DNA from: the human T2T-CHM13v2.0 reference genome, Homo sapiens
Length of the DNA stretch: 64,000 nt
Strand: one strand, 5' to 3'
Assembly (NCBI RefSeq): GCF_009914755.1
Contig: NC_060930.1
The notes beneath the pieces were generated by a model. It did no database searches. It was not told the origin of the DNA and worked only from the letters and a program-made list of their open reading frames with translations. A program made the translations under genes and the position numbers. This document shows, in pieces, positions 28,484-43,894 of the stretch (positions within the stretch are counted from its first letter, which is position 1; each line of letters starts with the position of its first letter).

Positions 28484-29042
28484 TGTAACCATAGAACTGG
28501 CTCAATCTAATTCATCTTTGTGTAATAAAATGGTGAATTGTTTTTCAATTGCTGTGAAACCTTAGAATGCAGGGCACATAACCTGAGCATGCCCAGATGA
28601 ACCAAATGTGCCTTATTCATGACTCCAGATCCGGGCAGAACTAAAAAGTCTACCACAGGTGGAACCAAACCTCTCATATGAAGGAACAGGGACTGAATAT
28701 GGCAGCAAGCCTGGGGATTACCTCATCTCATGCTCTAATTAGATAGTACCCTGGCATCACCTCATGGCATCATCCAATTAGATCACACCCCCAGGCGTTA
28801 CCTCTTTGCAAGATCCAATTAGATCACACCTAATTACCCTTTTCCTGTAAAACCTGCCCAAGCCCCTGGCTTGGGGAGATTTTTTTGGGGAGATTTGAGC
28901 ATTTTTTTGGGGAGATTTGAGCATTGTTTTCTGTCTTTTTGCCAGTTGATTCACAATAAAGTCTTTCTTTTCTCAAAAGCCTCTGCCATAACATTGGCTT
29001 CTGTAAACATCAGTCAGCAAGTCCATTGCTTGCTTAGTAATA
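28484..29042 (+). mobile_element. Solo LTR, MER72/LTR47-like
   Basis: tgtaacc start; aacctgagcatgcccagatgaaccaa; AATAAA near 28955; ends gcttgcttagtaata. Confidence 0.6.
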
Positions 29043-29089
29043 GGTATTCATGTTTTTATTTCTAGGATAACCATTAAAAGAATAGTATC

Positions 29090-29768
<679 letters not shown>

Positions 29769-30328
29769 AAGCCCCTTTCAATCATACTGGAGTCTGTGCT
29801 AATGAGGTGACTCTTGGAAGATGGGGTCTGGTGGCCAGAGGAGCCAATCATGTGATTTAAAAAAAAAAAAACTTGTTGCAGTTGAAATCTGAAAGCATAT
29901 TGATTATTTTTTCATACCTTATTACATTAAAGTATATTGTTTTATCTTATAAAAAAGAATAGGATCAGATGATCTAATTTGAAATCAGTAGAGAAAAAAA
30001 TGGAATGATAAAAAATATTACAAAAGGAGTAGGAGAAGAAAGAAACACTGAATAGCTATAACAAATATAAAGTCTAAAATATGCTAGATTTAAGCCCAAA
30101 TATAAAATAATTATATTATATGCAAATGGCTTAAATATGTCAGCTAAAATACAAAGATTATCAGATTAGATAACAAGAACATCAAAACCATAAGAATACA
30201 ATTATATGGTATCTACAAAAGGTACTTCCAAAATATAAGGTAGAGAAAGGTCTAAAATGAAAATAAGAAAAAAGATGTATTATTCACACTATAATTGAAA
30301 GAAGCTGGTATAGCTATTTAATAAACTA

Positions 30329-30583
<255 letters not shown>

Positions 30584-30872
30584 TTAACTGCAGTTGTACA
30601 TAACAACATAAATGAATCTCACATATATAATGTTAGATGAAAGAAACAGGACACACACACACACACACATTCAGTGTGATTCTATTTACATATTTTTAAA
30701 ACAGGCAAACTAAATTATATCACTTAGAAATGCATAAACAAATGGAAAATTTTAAGCAAGAAACTGAATTTTGCAAAAGTCATAATGGTTATTTCTGATT
30801 AGGGAAGGAAAAGATTATGATTAGAAGTGACACACTGGGGGCCTCTGTAGTGGTCACAGTATTAGCTTCATT

Positions 30873-31017
30873 AAATTTTGCATATATATGTGTATATATG
30901 TGTGTGTGTATATATACACACAATTTTGCATATATATGTATATATATACACACATATATGTGTACATACACACAATTTTACATATATGTGTGTGTGTATA
31001 TATATACACACACTCAC
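30873..31017. repeat. Compound (TA/TG/CA)n minisatellite, three ~50-bp units
   Basis: Each unit starts aatttt(g/a)catatat and ends with a (CA)n run. Confidence 0.85.
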
Positions 31018-31599
31018 AAATGCCACTAGTGTGGATTATAGCTGAAGAAATGGATAACACACTACTTATTAATGTAGAACAAAGGCCAGTGCACCCCACC
31101 AAACTGATACCCCCAAACTCACTTATATGAATAAGTGTATGAAACCTATGAGGTTTCCCTATGAAACCTACTCCATAAAATTGCTGAAGGCAACTTTTCC
31201 ATCAGATGTGTAAAATTAATGTAGGGATACATCAAACATTAGAAAGCAAGGAAAACAGTAATTCTCCATTAACAGTCCATAATTATAAGAAAATCTGTGA
31301 AAGGTGGAGAAAAATGTAAAATAATAGTCATAAGGAAACTCAGTGAGATACAATAAAATGCAGACGTACAAACTCAATAAAGTCAGGAAAGCAATTCATG
31401 GTTTGAATTGATTTGAATGAGAAATTCAACAAAGAGACAGATATCATAAAAAAGGTATCATAAAAAAGAACCAAACAGAAATCCTAGAGCTAAATAATTC
31501 AATGAATAAAACAAATGAAATTGATAGCTTCAACAAAAGACTAGATCAAGTAGAAGTAACAATTTCTAAACTGAAAGATAGGTCTTTTCAAACAACTCA

Positions 31600-31760
31600 G
31601 GAAGTAGAAGCAGCAGAAGCAGGAGGAGGAGAAGGAGGAAAAGAAGAAGAGGAAGAAGAAGAGGAGGAAGAGGAGGAGGAAGGAAAAGAAGAGGAAGAAG
31701 AAGGAGGAGGAGGAGAACAAGAAGAAGAAAAGGAAGAAGAAGAGGAGGAGGAAGAAGAAA
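31600..31760 (+). repeat. (GAA/GAG/GGA)n purine trinucleotide tract inside L1 ORF1
   Basis: ~160 bp of almost pure purines, seen directly. Confidence 0.95.
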
Positions 31761-32316
31761 TAATGAAGCAAGGATATCAGATTTATAGGGCACTATTACA
31801 CCAAGAAATATTCATATTATGGGTGTTCCAGAGGCAGAAGACATGGGAAAAGGTGAGAAAAACACATTTAATAAAAGAATAGCAGAAAACTTCGCAAGTT
31901 TTGAGAGAAAGGTGGACATCCAGGTCTAGGAAGCTCAAAGAATTCCAAATAGATTCAACCCAAACAGGTCCTCTCCAAGGTACATAACAGTCCAATTGTC
32001 AACAGTCAAAGACAAAGAATTCTAAAATCAGCAAGTGAAAAGTGTCAAGTCAAACTTAAGGGAATCCCCATTAGACTAAGAGCAGATTTCTCTACACAAA
32101 CATTACAGGCCAAGAGAGAATGGGGCAAGATATTGAAAGTACTGGGAAAAAACCCCTGTCAACTAGGAATATTATACTCAGCAAAGCTATCTCCTTCAGA
32201 AATAAAGGAGAAATAAAGTCCCAGACAAGCAAAACATAAGGGAATTCACTATCACTAACCTGATTTTATAAGAAATGCTCAAGGGAGCCTTGCATCTGAA
32301 AGTGAAAAGATAATAA

Positions 32317-32721
32317 TGTGAACCCAAAATATCTGAGACAGGTCGCAGTCAATTTAGAAAGTTTATTTTGCCAAGGTTAAGGATGCACCCATGACACAGC
32401 CTCAGGTGGTCCTGAGGCTTGGACATGTGCCCAAGGTGGTTGGGGAATAGCTTGCTTTTATGCATTTCAGGGAGACATGAGACACTTCAGGACAACTTGA
32501 AGTGGGGGCTTCCAGGTCAGAAGTAGATAAGAGACAAAAGGTTGCATTCTTTTAAGTCCTCGATCAGCTTTCCACTGAATACACAATTTAGTCTGGCTTG
32601 GTGCATCTGCATTGTTACATAAAGAATAAGACAGAGGAAACAATCAGATATCCATTTGTCTCAGGTCAACCTCAGAGGGATGACTTTGAATTCTGTCCTT
32701 TGCCCACAAGGAATTTCCTTG
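32317..32721 (-). mobile_element. MER4A-type LTR, truncated
   Basis: tgtgaacccaaaatatctgagacagg...aaagtttattttgccaaggttaagga...gacacagcctcagg. Confidence 0.85.
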
Positions 32722-33462
32722 AGACAAGGAAATTCCAAGTCTCAAAACACTAAAACATCAAAATTATGTCAAATATCTTATGTGACCACAGTGGAATAAA
32801 CTAGACATCAATTACAAGAGGAACATTTAAAACTATGCAAATACATGGGAGTTAGAAAACATGCTTCTGAATGACCAATGAGTGAAGGAATAAATTAGGA
32901 AGGGAATTTAAAAATTCCTTGAAACAAATGAAAATAGAAACACAACATACCAAAACCTATGGGGCACAGCAAAAGAAGTGTTAAATGGCAAATTTATAGC
33001 AATCAATGCCTACATGAAGACACTAGAAATATTTCAAATAAACAGCCTGATGATGCACAAAGATACAAATCTACCAAAAGAAGAAAAAACCAAATCCAAA
33101 ATTAGTAGAAAAAGGGAAATAATGAAGATCTGAGAAGAAATAAACAAAATTGAAGCTAAAAAATACAAAAGATCAATGAAACAAAAATTTGGATTTTTGA
33201 AAAGATAAACAAAATAGACAATTAGCTAGACTAACTAAAAAAGAGAGAAAACCAAGTAAATAAAATCAGAAATGAAAAGGGGATGTCACAATGGATATCA
33301 CAGAAATACAAAGGATAATTAAAAACTACTAAAAATAACTATATTTCAATAAATTTGAAAACCTCAAGGAAATGAACAAGTTCCTGGACACATACAAACT
33401 CTTGAGATTTAACCAAGATGAAATAGAAAACCTGAACAGAGTGATAAGAAGTAATGCAATTG

Positions 33463-33758
33463 GGCTGGGCACGGTGGCTCACGCCTGTACTCCCATCACT
33501 TTGGGAGGCTGAGCTGAGCAGATCACAAGATCAGGAGTTTGAGACTAGCCTGGCCAACATGGTGAAACCCTGTCTGTACTGAAAAAATACAAAAATTAGC
33601 CAGGCATGGTGGTGTGCACCTGTAATCTCAGCTACTCAGAAGGCTGAGGCAGGAGAATTACTTGAACCCAGGAGGCAGAGGTTGCAGTGAGCCAAGATTG
33701 CACTGCTGCACTCCAGCCTAGGTGACAGAGTAAGTCACACACACATACACACACACAA
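33463..33758 (+). mobile_element. AluS (Sg/Sc-like) with (CA)n tail
   Basis: TSD aagaagtaatg(ca/ag)attg at 33446-33462 and 33759-33775. Confidence 0.93.
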
Positions 33759-34918
33759 AAGAAGTAATGAGATTGAATTAGTAATAAAAAGTTCCCCAAA
33801 AAAGAAAAGTTCGGGACTGAATGGCTTTCCTATTGAATTCTATTGCTCCTTTAAATAAGAATTAATACCAATTTTTCTCAAGTTATTCCAGCAATGTTGA
33901 AGCAGTGGGAATTCTTCCTAATTTATTCTAGGAGGTCAGCATAACCCTGATACCAAAACTAGGCAAGAACAGAACAGCAACAAAACAATCTACAGGCCAA
34001 TATCCCTGATGAACATAGGTGGAAAAGTTCTCAGTGAAACACTAGCAAACTGAATCCAAAATTACATCAGAAAGATGATACACCATGCTCAGGTGAAATT
34101 TATGCCAGCAATTCAAGGATGGTTCAACATATACAAATCAATAAACATCATTATTACATCAATAGAATAAAGGACTAAAACCGTGTCATCATCTCAATAG
34201 ATGAAGCAAAAGCATTTGATTAAATTCGACATCCCTTCATTATCAAAATTCTCAGTAAATTAGGTACAGAAGGAAAGTACTTCAATATAATAAAAGCTAT
34301 GTGTGACATAACCACAGCTAACATTTTATTCAATGGGAAAAAGCCAAAAGCTTTTCTCTTAAGAACTGGAACAATACAAGGATGTCCACTCTCATTGCTT
34401 TTGTTCAACGTAGTACTGGAGGTCTTGTGCAGTGCAATTGCCAAGAGAAGAAAATAAATGGCATCCAAATTGGAAAGGAGGAAGTCGAATTTTTCTTTGC
34501 AGATGACATAATCTTATATACTGAAAAACTTAAAGGCTCTACCAAGAATTCTTAGAACTGATAAATGAATTCAGTAGAGTTGCAAGATACATAATTAATA
34601 TACGAAAATCAGTAGCTTTTGTAGGCACATACAATGAACTAGCTGAAACAGAAATCAACAAGGCAATCCCATTTACAATAGTTACAAAACAAATAAACTG
34701 CCCAGTAATAAATGTAACCAAGAAGGTGAAAGCCTGCTGTAAGGAAAACTACAAAACTTTGATGAAAAAAATTGAAGAGGATACAAACAAATAGAAAGAC
34801 ATCCCCATGCTTATAGGTTGGAAGAATTAATATTGTCAAATGACAATACTACCCAAAGCAATCTACAGGTTCAATGTAATCCCTATGAAAATACCAATGA
34901 CATTTTTCACAGAAATAG

Positions 34919-36163
<1,245 letters not shown>

Positions 36164-36765
36164 AAAGTTGGAGGTGTCACACTACCAGACCCCAAAATAT
36201 ATTACAAAGTTGTAGTAACCAAAATGGGCATTAAAAAACACGTAGATCAATGGAACAGAATAGAGAACACAGAAATAAATGCACATATTTATAGTCAACT
36301 GATTTTTGTCAAAACTACCAAGAACACTCATTGGAGAAAGAACCGTTTCTTCAATAAATAGTTCTAGGAAAAGTGGATGAAACTAAACCCCTACCTCTCA
36401 CCCAATACAAACGTCAACTTAAAGTGGATCAAAGACCTAAATTTAAGACCTGAAACCATGAAATTACTAGAAGAAGTTCTTTGGGGGAAATGCTTCAGGA
36501 TATGAGTCTGGGAAAAGATTTTATGAATAGGATATCCAAAGCACAAGCAACAGAAACAAAAATAAACAAATGGCATTATAGCAAACTAAAAAGTTTCTGT
36601 GCAGCAAAGGGTACAACCAATAGAGTGAAAAGATAATTTACAATATTAGAGAAAATCTGTGCAAACTACTTATCCAATTTGGGGTGAATATCCTGAATAT
36701 ACAAAGAACTCAAACACTTCAACAGCTAACAAAAAATAATAATAAAAGAAAAAGATGGACATGTG

Positions 36766-37061
36766 GGCCAGGCGCAGTGGCTCACGCCTGTAATCCCAGC
36801 ACTTTGGGAGGCCGAGGTGGGTGAATCACTTGAGCCCAGGAGATCGAGACCAGCCTGGCCAACATGGTGAAACCCCGTCTCTATTAAAAATACAAAAATT
36901 AGCTGGGTGTGGTGGCACATGCCTGTAATCCTAGCTGCTTACGTGGCTGATGCATGAGAATTGCTTGAACCTGGGAGGCGGAGGTTGCAGTGAGCCAAGA
37001 TCAGGCTACTGTACTCTAGCCTGGGTGACAGAGCAAAACTCTGTCTCAAAAAAAAAAAAAA
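36766..37061 (+). mobile_element. AluS (Sz/Sx-like)
   Basis: Full dimer with A tail. Confidence 0.95.
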
Positions 37062-37511
37062 TGCAAATGATCTGAATAGACATTTCCCTAAGAAGACATA
37101 AAAATGGTCAAGAAATATGTGAAAATGTGCTCACATCTCTAACCATCAGAGAATTGCAAATCAAAACTACAATGAGGTATCATCTCGCCCCAGTTCGGAT
37201 GGCTGTTATCAAAAAGACAAAAAATATAAAATGCTGGTGAGGATGCAAAGAAAAGGGAATTCTTATACATTGTTGGTGGAAATGTAAACTAGTATAGCCA
37301 CTATGGAGAACAGCATGGAGGTTCCTCAAAAAACTACAAACAGAACTACAATATGATCCAGCAATTCCACTACTGGAATTTATCCAAAGCAAAGGAAATC
37401 ATTATATTGAAGAGACATCTGCACCTCCACATTTATTGCATCAGTATTCACAATAGCCAAGATGTGAGATCAACCTAGGTGTCCAAAACCAGATGAATGG
37501 ATAAGAAAAAT

Positions 37512-37514
<3 letters not shown>

Positions 37515-37562
<48 letters not shown>
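37515..37562. repeat. (CA)n microsatellite, about 24 units
   Basis: Perfect dinucleotide run. Confidence 0.97.
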
Positions 37563-37564
<2 letters not shown>

Positions 37565-37730
37565 GAATACTATTCAGTCATGAAAAATAATGAAATCTTG
37601 TCATTTGCAGCACCGTGGATGAAACTGGAGGACACTATGTTAAGTGAAGTAAGGCTAGAAGAGAAAGTTAAATACTGCATGTTCTCACTTACATGTGGAA
37701 GCTTAAAAAAGTACATTCATAACGTTGTGT

Positions 37731-37812
37731 TTAGGTTGATGCAAAAGTAGTTGCGATTTTTTTGCCATTGAATGCTATGGCAAAAACTGCAATTACTTTT
37801 GCACCAACCTAA
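37731..37812. mobile_element. MADE1 (Hsmar1-derived mariner MITE)
   Basis: ~80-bp palindrome ttaggttgatgcaaaagta...tacttttgcaccaacctaa followed by TA; lies in a short minus-strand L1MB-type fragment. Confidence 0.93.
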
Positions 37813-38972
37813 TACACCATCACCACTATCTATTTCCAGAACTTTTTTCATTATCCCAAACAGAAACTTAATGTCTGGACTGTCCCAAATTATTAATGTT
37901 TCCAAGGACCACAAATAAACTACAAAAATTTTTACTGAGGGGATCATAAGCATGCATCATACAGTTTGTTTATTCATTATTGAAAAGTATTTATTCAACT
38001 CCTTCTAAGTACCCAGCTCCAGGCTAGGTGCTGTGAATAATAACAGCAATTACTCAGATTTGTATAGTACACGTTATGTGCAGGTACTGTTCTAAGTGTT
38101 TAACATGTATTAACTCAACAAAGACAAGTAAGCTGGTCTTTGATCCCAAGGACCATTTAGAGTGCTAAGGATTATGATAAAAATTGGCACAGGCTAGCAG
38201 GCTTAAGGAAGGCTAATAAACCAAACTGAACACCCAAGTCCACCTAAAAAGGATCTAACATCAATCCATTTTAAGCCTATTGTCCCTGAAGATTGGCTGA
38301 ACTAGTTTCACAGGTTACATAAGCTGTCACCATATTGCATTATGGCCCATTCAGGTCAGCAGCCTTTAATACCGGCGCTTACTTCAGGGAGGGGTACAGG
38401 AACTTTTCAGTTCGAAAGGGATCACTCCTATTAATAGATTCTTGCTGTATTCTTGTTCCAGAGGTGTACCTCAGGGGGTGTTGCCGGTTAGACAACATTT
38501 TCCTTTTGTCCTCAGATTTGGGTGGGTCTGTGAAGTTTCCGTGTGACAGCAACAAAGTGCCCAATACACTGGCTGCTGGGAGGGGAATTTGTTCCTAGGA
38601 GCTTTGCTCACAGAGATGACAAGAATCTCCTCATGATGCAGCAAAAATAAGGATTTGGAAAGCTTTTAGCCTATCCAGCAACAGATCTCAAAATGTGGTC
38701 CCAGACAAAAAACATGAGCATCACTTTGGAACTTGGACCCCATAGCAATTTGAGTTTTAACAAGTTCTGGAGTTGCTTCTAACTCTAAAATTTCAGTAGT
38801 CAATTCAGTCTCTTTTCTTGTATGGTTACTTTGTCTGAAAAAACCTATTTAGTATCCTTAATATTCATACTTAGATATTTATACTTAGATTTCCAAAATG
38901 GTCTCTTAAGAACAGAAAGAAGTCAATGAACTTTGCCTGTTAAACAGAGATCTGCAAGCCCCAATTTTTAAG

Positions 38973-39350
<378 letters not shown>

Positions 39351-39946
39351 TAAAATATTTAGTGTGACCCCTTTTATAAAAACTGTGCTGATCCCTGCTT
39401 TTAGAACCTTATTTCATTTGAATTAAACACTTCTATTGCTTTTGTAAATGTAGTCTAATGTCCAAATTTATAGTAGAATACAATTTTTCCCCAAAAATAT
39501 GCTTCAATTTACTGAATTGTGTTTTTATGTTAGTGAAATTTAAACTCTGTACTGCTTTTTATGACTGCCTATCCTCTGTTTAGAGAGGAACAGGTTCCAT
39601 GTTTCGCTGTCACCTGACAAGTGTTAAGCAGACACATAGAGAAAGTTAAAATTTGTTTTGAGTCCTTAAGAGTGAAGTTAAGGAATCAGACCTATAAATG
39701 GACACCATGTGATGAGTGCTGTCATCAAAGCATGGACAATGGGCTTTGGGAGTACATTAAGGGGACACCGATTTAGTACTCCATTATAGGGGGGCAGCCT
39801 CACTCATTTATCCTGTGCCCTGATTATGGACATTTTGGTTGTTTTCCAACTTTTCTTTTGTCTATCAAAACAATGTTGCCATGCATAACCTTGTACATGG
39901 TTCATTTCATTCACACGGGAACAAAAGTGCTGGGTTGAAGGCTATG

Positions 39947-40686
39947 TGCTGGGAGACTGAATAGACCAGTGGACAATGGCCAGGCTATATAAAAATAGGA
40001 TTCAGATCCACAAACTGCAGCAATAATCTCTGTAACAATTGGCCCAAAATGTTAAGAACTTGTTTTTTTTTTTGAGACCGTGTCTCACTCTGTCACCCAG
40101 GCTGGAGTGCACTGGTGATCATGGCTAACTGCAGCCTTGACCTCTTGGGCTCAGGTGATCCTCCCACCTCATTCTCCTGAATAGCTGGGACTGCAGGTAC
40201 AGCCAACGTGTCCGGCTAATTTTTTTTTTGTATTTTTTGTAGAGACAAGGTTTCACCATGCTGCCCAGGCTGGTCTTGAACTCCTGGGCTCAAGTGTTCC
40301 ACCCACCTTGGTCTCCCAGAGTGTTGGGATTACAGGCCTGAGCCGCCATAACAGGTCAAGAACTTGAGTGATGATTGACAACTTCTCTAATTTTTGTTCC
40401 TGCTTCCAACTAACAGCCAATCAGAGAAAGTCAAATATGCACCCTAACCAATCACATAGGAGGCCCCACTTCTAGTTAGCTGCCTCCAGCTTTCCCACGC
40501 CTATATCCTCCAATCAACATGCACTTGAAAGCTTCCCCTTATTCTACTATAAAGCTTTCCTACCTCTCTCCTTGCCTTTGAGTCTCTGCCGAAATGCAAG
40601 GTGGTGGGTGACGCCCTTGCTATGGCAAGCTCTGAATAAATAGTCTTTGCTTGTTCTCACTTGGTTGGTCTTCATGTATTTCCATA
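39947..40686 (+). mobile_element. MER31-type LTR interrupted by AluJ
   Basis: Several CCAAT boxes, tataaa near 40548 and AATAAA near 40635; gcctttgagtctctgcc...cccttgctatggcaagctctgaataaa. Confidence 0.75.
40063..40357 (-). mobile_element. AluJ
   Basis: TSD aagaacttg at 40054-40062 and 40358-40366; J-type ctcctgggctcaag. Confidence 0.93.
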
Positions 40687-42870
40687 GTTAACAGTGGAGG
40701 TCTGCACACTCTGTTGTCCTGGACTCAACCTTCAGCCAGGTCTGGTACCCACAGAGGCCCCCTGTGTCTTGCCACTCGAAGCACGGATGTGCTAAGTCAG
40801 CCCTGAGTCTAAACCCCACTCTCTTTGTGTTGAGTTCCTTGACTGTGCTCACTTTGGTATCCAGCTTTTGTTAATAACTGGGTATTAGTTCCCATTTGTT
40901 TGGCAGCCTTGGTGGAATCATACCTTTCTTTGTCAGTCCTTTTCGCTCACGTACCTGTGAGCTTGTGGTTCTCACTGACAGGCACCCACTTGGACAAACT
41001 CAGCTATGGGTAACCAATAAAACCAGATGAGGTTCTCCTTCTGTCTGGATTTTGTGTCTTGAGAGCTTGACTTTGATCCATCTGGATTTTGTGTCTTGAG
41101 AGCTTGACTTTGATCCAGAGACAGCATTCTCTCTGGCTTTCTGCCTGCTGGGTGGCATTTTTTGATTGGTACACCTCCAGATAAAATTCTGACGTACAAA
41201 GTGCTTCACTAAAAGATTCATTGACCAGAGCTAATGAGCAATTCGACAAATGTAAGAAAGAACACACTAGACTCATTTTTCTGGAAAACCTCCCCCTCCA
41301 TGCTCCCTTGGTTGTCTCCTAATATCCAGCTCTCTTTTCCTTTTATGCTCTGATCACTGTCCTTCCACACCCACACCGCCTCCCTCATCTTCCCTTGGTC
41401 CAGACCTCCTACTTTTCCCAAACAACCCTCCTAAAACTCCTCTTTCAAACCAGTTATGTGGGGAAACTGTAGACTTAAGCCTTGGGCCTGGGCTGAATTA
41501 AGAGGTATAATTAAAGATTTCCCTAATGCTTGTAATCTCAGCACTTAGGGAGGTTGAGGCAGGAGGATTGCTTAAGCCCGGGCGTCTGAGACCAGCCTGG
41601 GCAACACAGTGAGACCCTGTCTGTATTTTTTTTTAAGTTGAAAAAAAAATGATTTCCTTAAAGCCAAAGAAGACCAGCAAATATTTATTAGAAAAGTTTA
41701 GAATTCCTCTGGAGGCATATGACCCAGGGACCCCTGACTTTGTACACATGTTGTACACATGGGTACCTTGTACATTTGTCAACGTGTACACATGTTGGTC
41801 AGAACCTCCGATGCTAAAGGTTGGAGGGTAAAAGCTGATTGGACTGACCAGGAACGATGCCTTATAGGATTCCCCTTTCCACAATAAACCTGACAGTCAA
41901 AAAAAGGGACCTACCCAAAATGTAGGTCAAGTGCCCTAAAAGTCATACCCCAAATGTTTTCAAAACAAATCTGCTGGAGCATAATTCAATCATGCAAACA
42001 AACAAAGAAAAAAGATGACACTATAGGAGATTTCCGAGATAGACTAGAAAGCAACTTTGGATGACAGCTGAGCGTTACAGAGGTGCTGAGGGAGCAACAG
42101 CCCTTTCATCTGGCTTTGTCAATGGAATTGAACCTGAAGTTGGAGACCTAATTCAAAAACAGAAATGAGCATGGAGAATAGCCACCTGAGATGAGCAACA
42201 ACACCAGGCACAGCATGTTGCAAGGGCTTTAGAACAAAAACGAGGCAAGATCCAAAGTAAACTGTGGCCCTGCAGATCAAACAGCTGGGTAGCCCACTCC
42301 CCAGTCAACCACCTATGGACAAGGACACTTTGGGATATCTTAAACTGGAAAGATCTTCCCATCTTACACACACATGCGCGTGCGCGCGCACACACACACA
42401 CACACAGAGAACAGAAAAAAATGACAAAAATTCCTTGATTCATATCAATGAAGGAGTTGTGTAGAAGGACAAAGGGCATGATGTCCTGTTATGCTTAAAC
42501 ACTCAAGATGAATTAGCTTAACTGCAGATGGCCGTCCTCATCAGCTGCTAGTAGACACTCTTTATACATTGAACCCTGCTGCCTTTGTTCAACCTCCTCA
42601 CGGTAACAACTCACAAGTCATTGGGATTTCAAGTAATCCATAGGCTTTTTGTGTCTCTCAGCCCTTAACCACAACCTTTGGGCTCTTCCTGTTCTCTGAC
42701 ACCAATCCTGCAAATTTAGTAGGGAGAGATCTATTCTGCAAATGGAATTGTAATATTAAATGCATACCGGGGGTGGGGGACTGTCTCCTGCGGTGTCAGA
42801 GGACCCTGCATTCATAATCGCGTTGCCTGCTCTGGCTGGCTGTGTACCTTAGCCTCTTTTGTTATATTTG
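40687..42870 (+). mobile_element. ERV1 internal region (MER31-int-like) with gag and protease relics
   Basis: KPWAWAELRGIIKDFP and LEKFRIPLEAYDPGTPD (capsid-like); LLVDT and ANLVGRDL (aspartic protease motifs, near 42545-42735). Confidence 0.7.
41524..41648 (+). mobile_element. FLAM/AluJ left-monomer fragment
   Basis: tgtaatctcagcact...gagaccagcctgggcaacacagtgagaccctgtc; flanked by gatttcc repeats. Confidence 0.85.
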
Positions 42871-43324
42871 AGGAACACCCAAGATAAGGATTATGGGGCA
42901 ATGTAGGGTTGAGGGAAATTTGTGTTAGGATTTAATAGAACATTCTGAAATTTTTGGAGAAAAATGATAGACATAATATTCTTAATAACAGCTACAGTAG
43001 TATAGAGTATATACAGCATCCAAATGGAAATAGTTGTAAATATTTGTCAACATTAAATTTAGTTTAAAATAAAAACCTTGGGAGCTCAGTAGTCAGCTGA
43101 GAAAATGTCCTAACCTTGCATTTTGAAGGGGAGATTGACATTTCTTTTTTTTTCCATTTTGTTTATTTATGTATGTATTTGTTTTTCAATTTTACTTTTT
43201 ATTTTAGATTCGGGGGCACAGGTGCAGGTTTGTTACAAGGGTATATTGTGTGATGCTGAGGTTTGGGCTTCTAATGATCCCATTGCCCGAGTAGCAGACA
43301 TAGTACCCGATGAGTAGTTTTTCA

Positions 43325-43781
<457 letters not shown>

Positions 43782-43894
43782 TCAATTCGCTTAGGATAAT
43801 GGCCTCCAGCTGCATCCATGTTGCTTCAGGGGACGTGTTCATTCTTTTTTGTGACTTTGTAGTACTCCGTGGTGTATAAGTTTGATATTTTTTC

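Noticed and set aside
31502-31882. 126-aa acidic poly-Glu protein
   Set aside because: L1 ORF1 relic plus a GAA/GAG expansion; not a gene.
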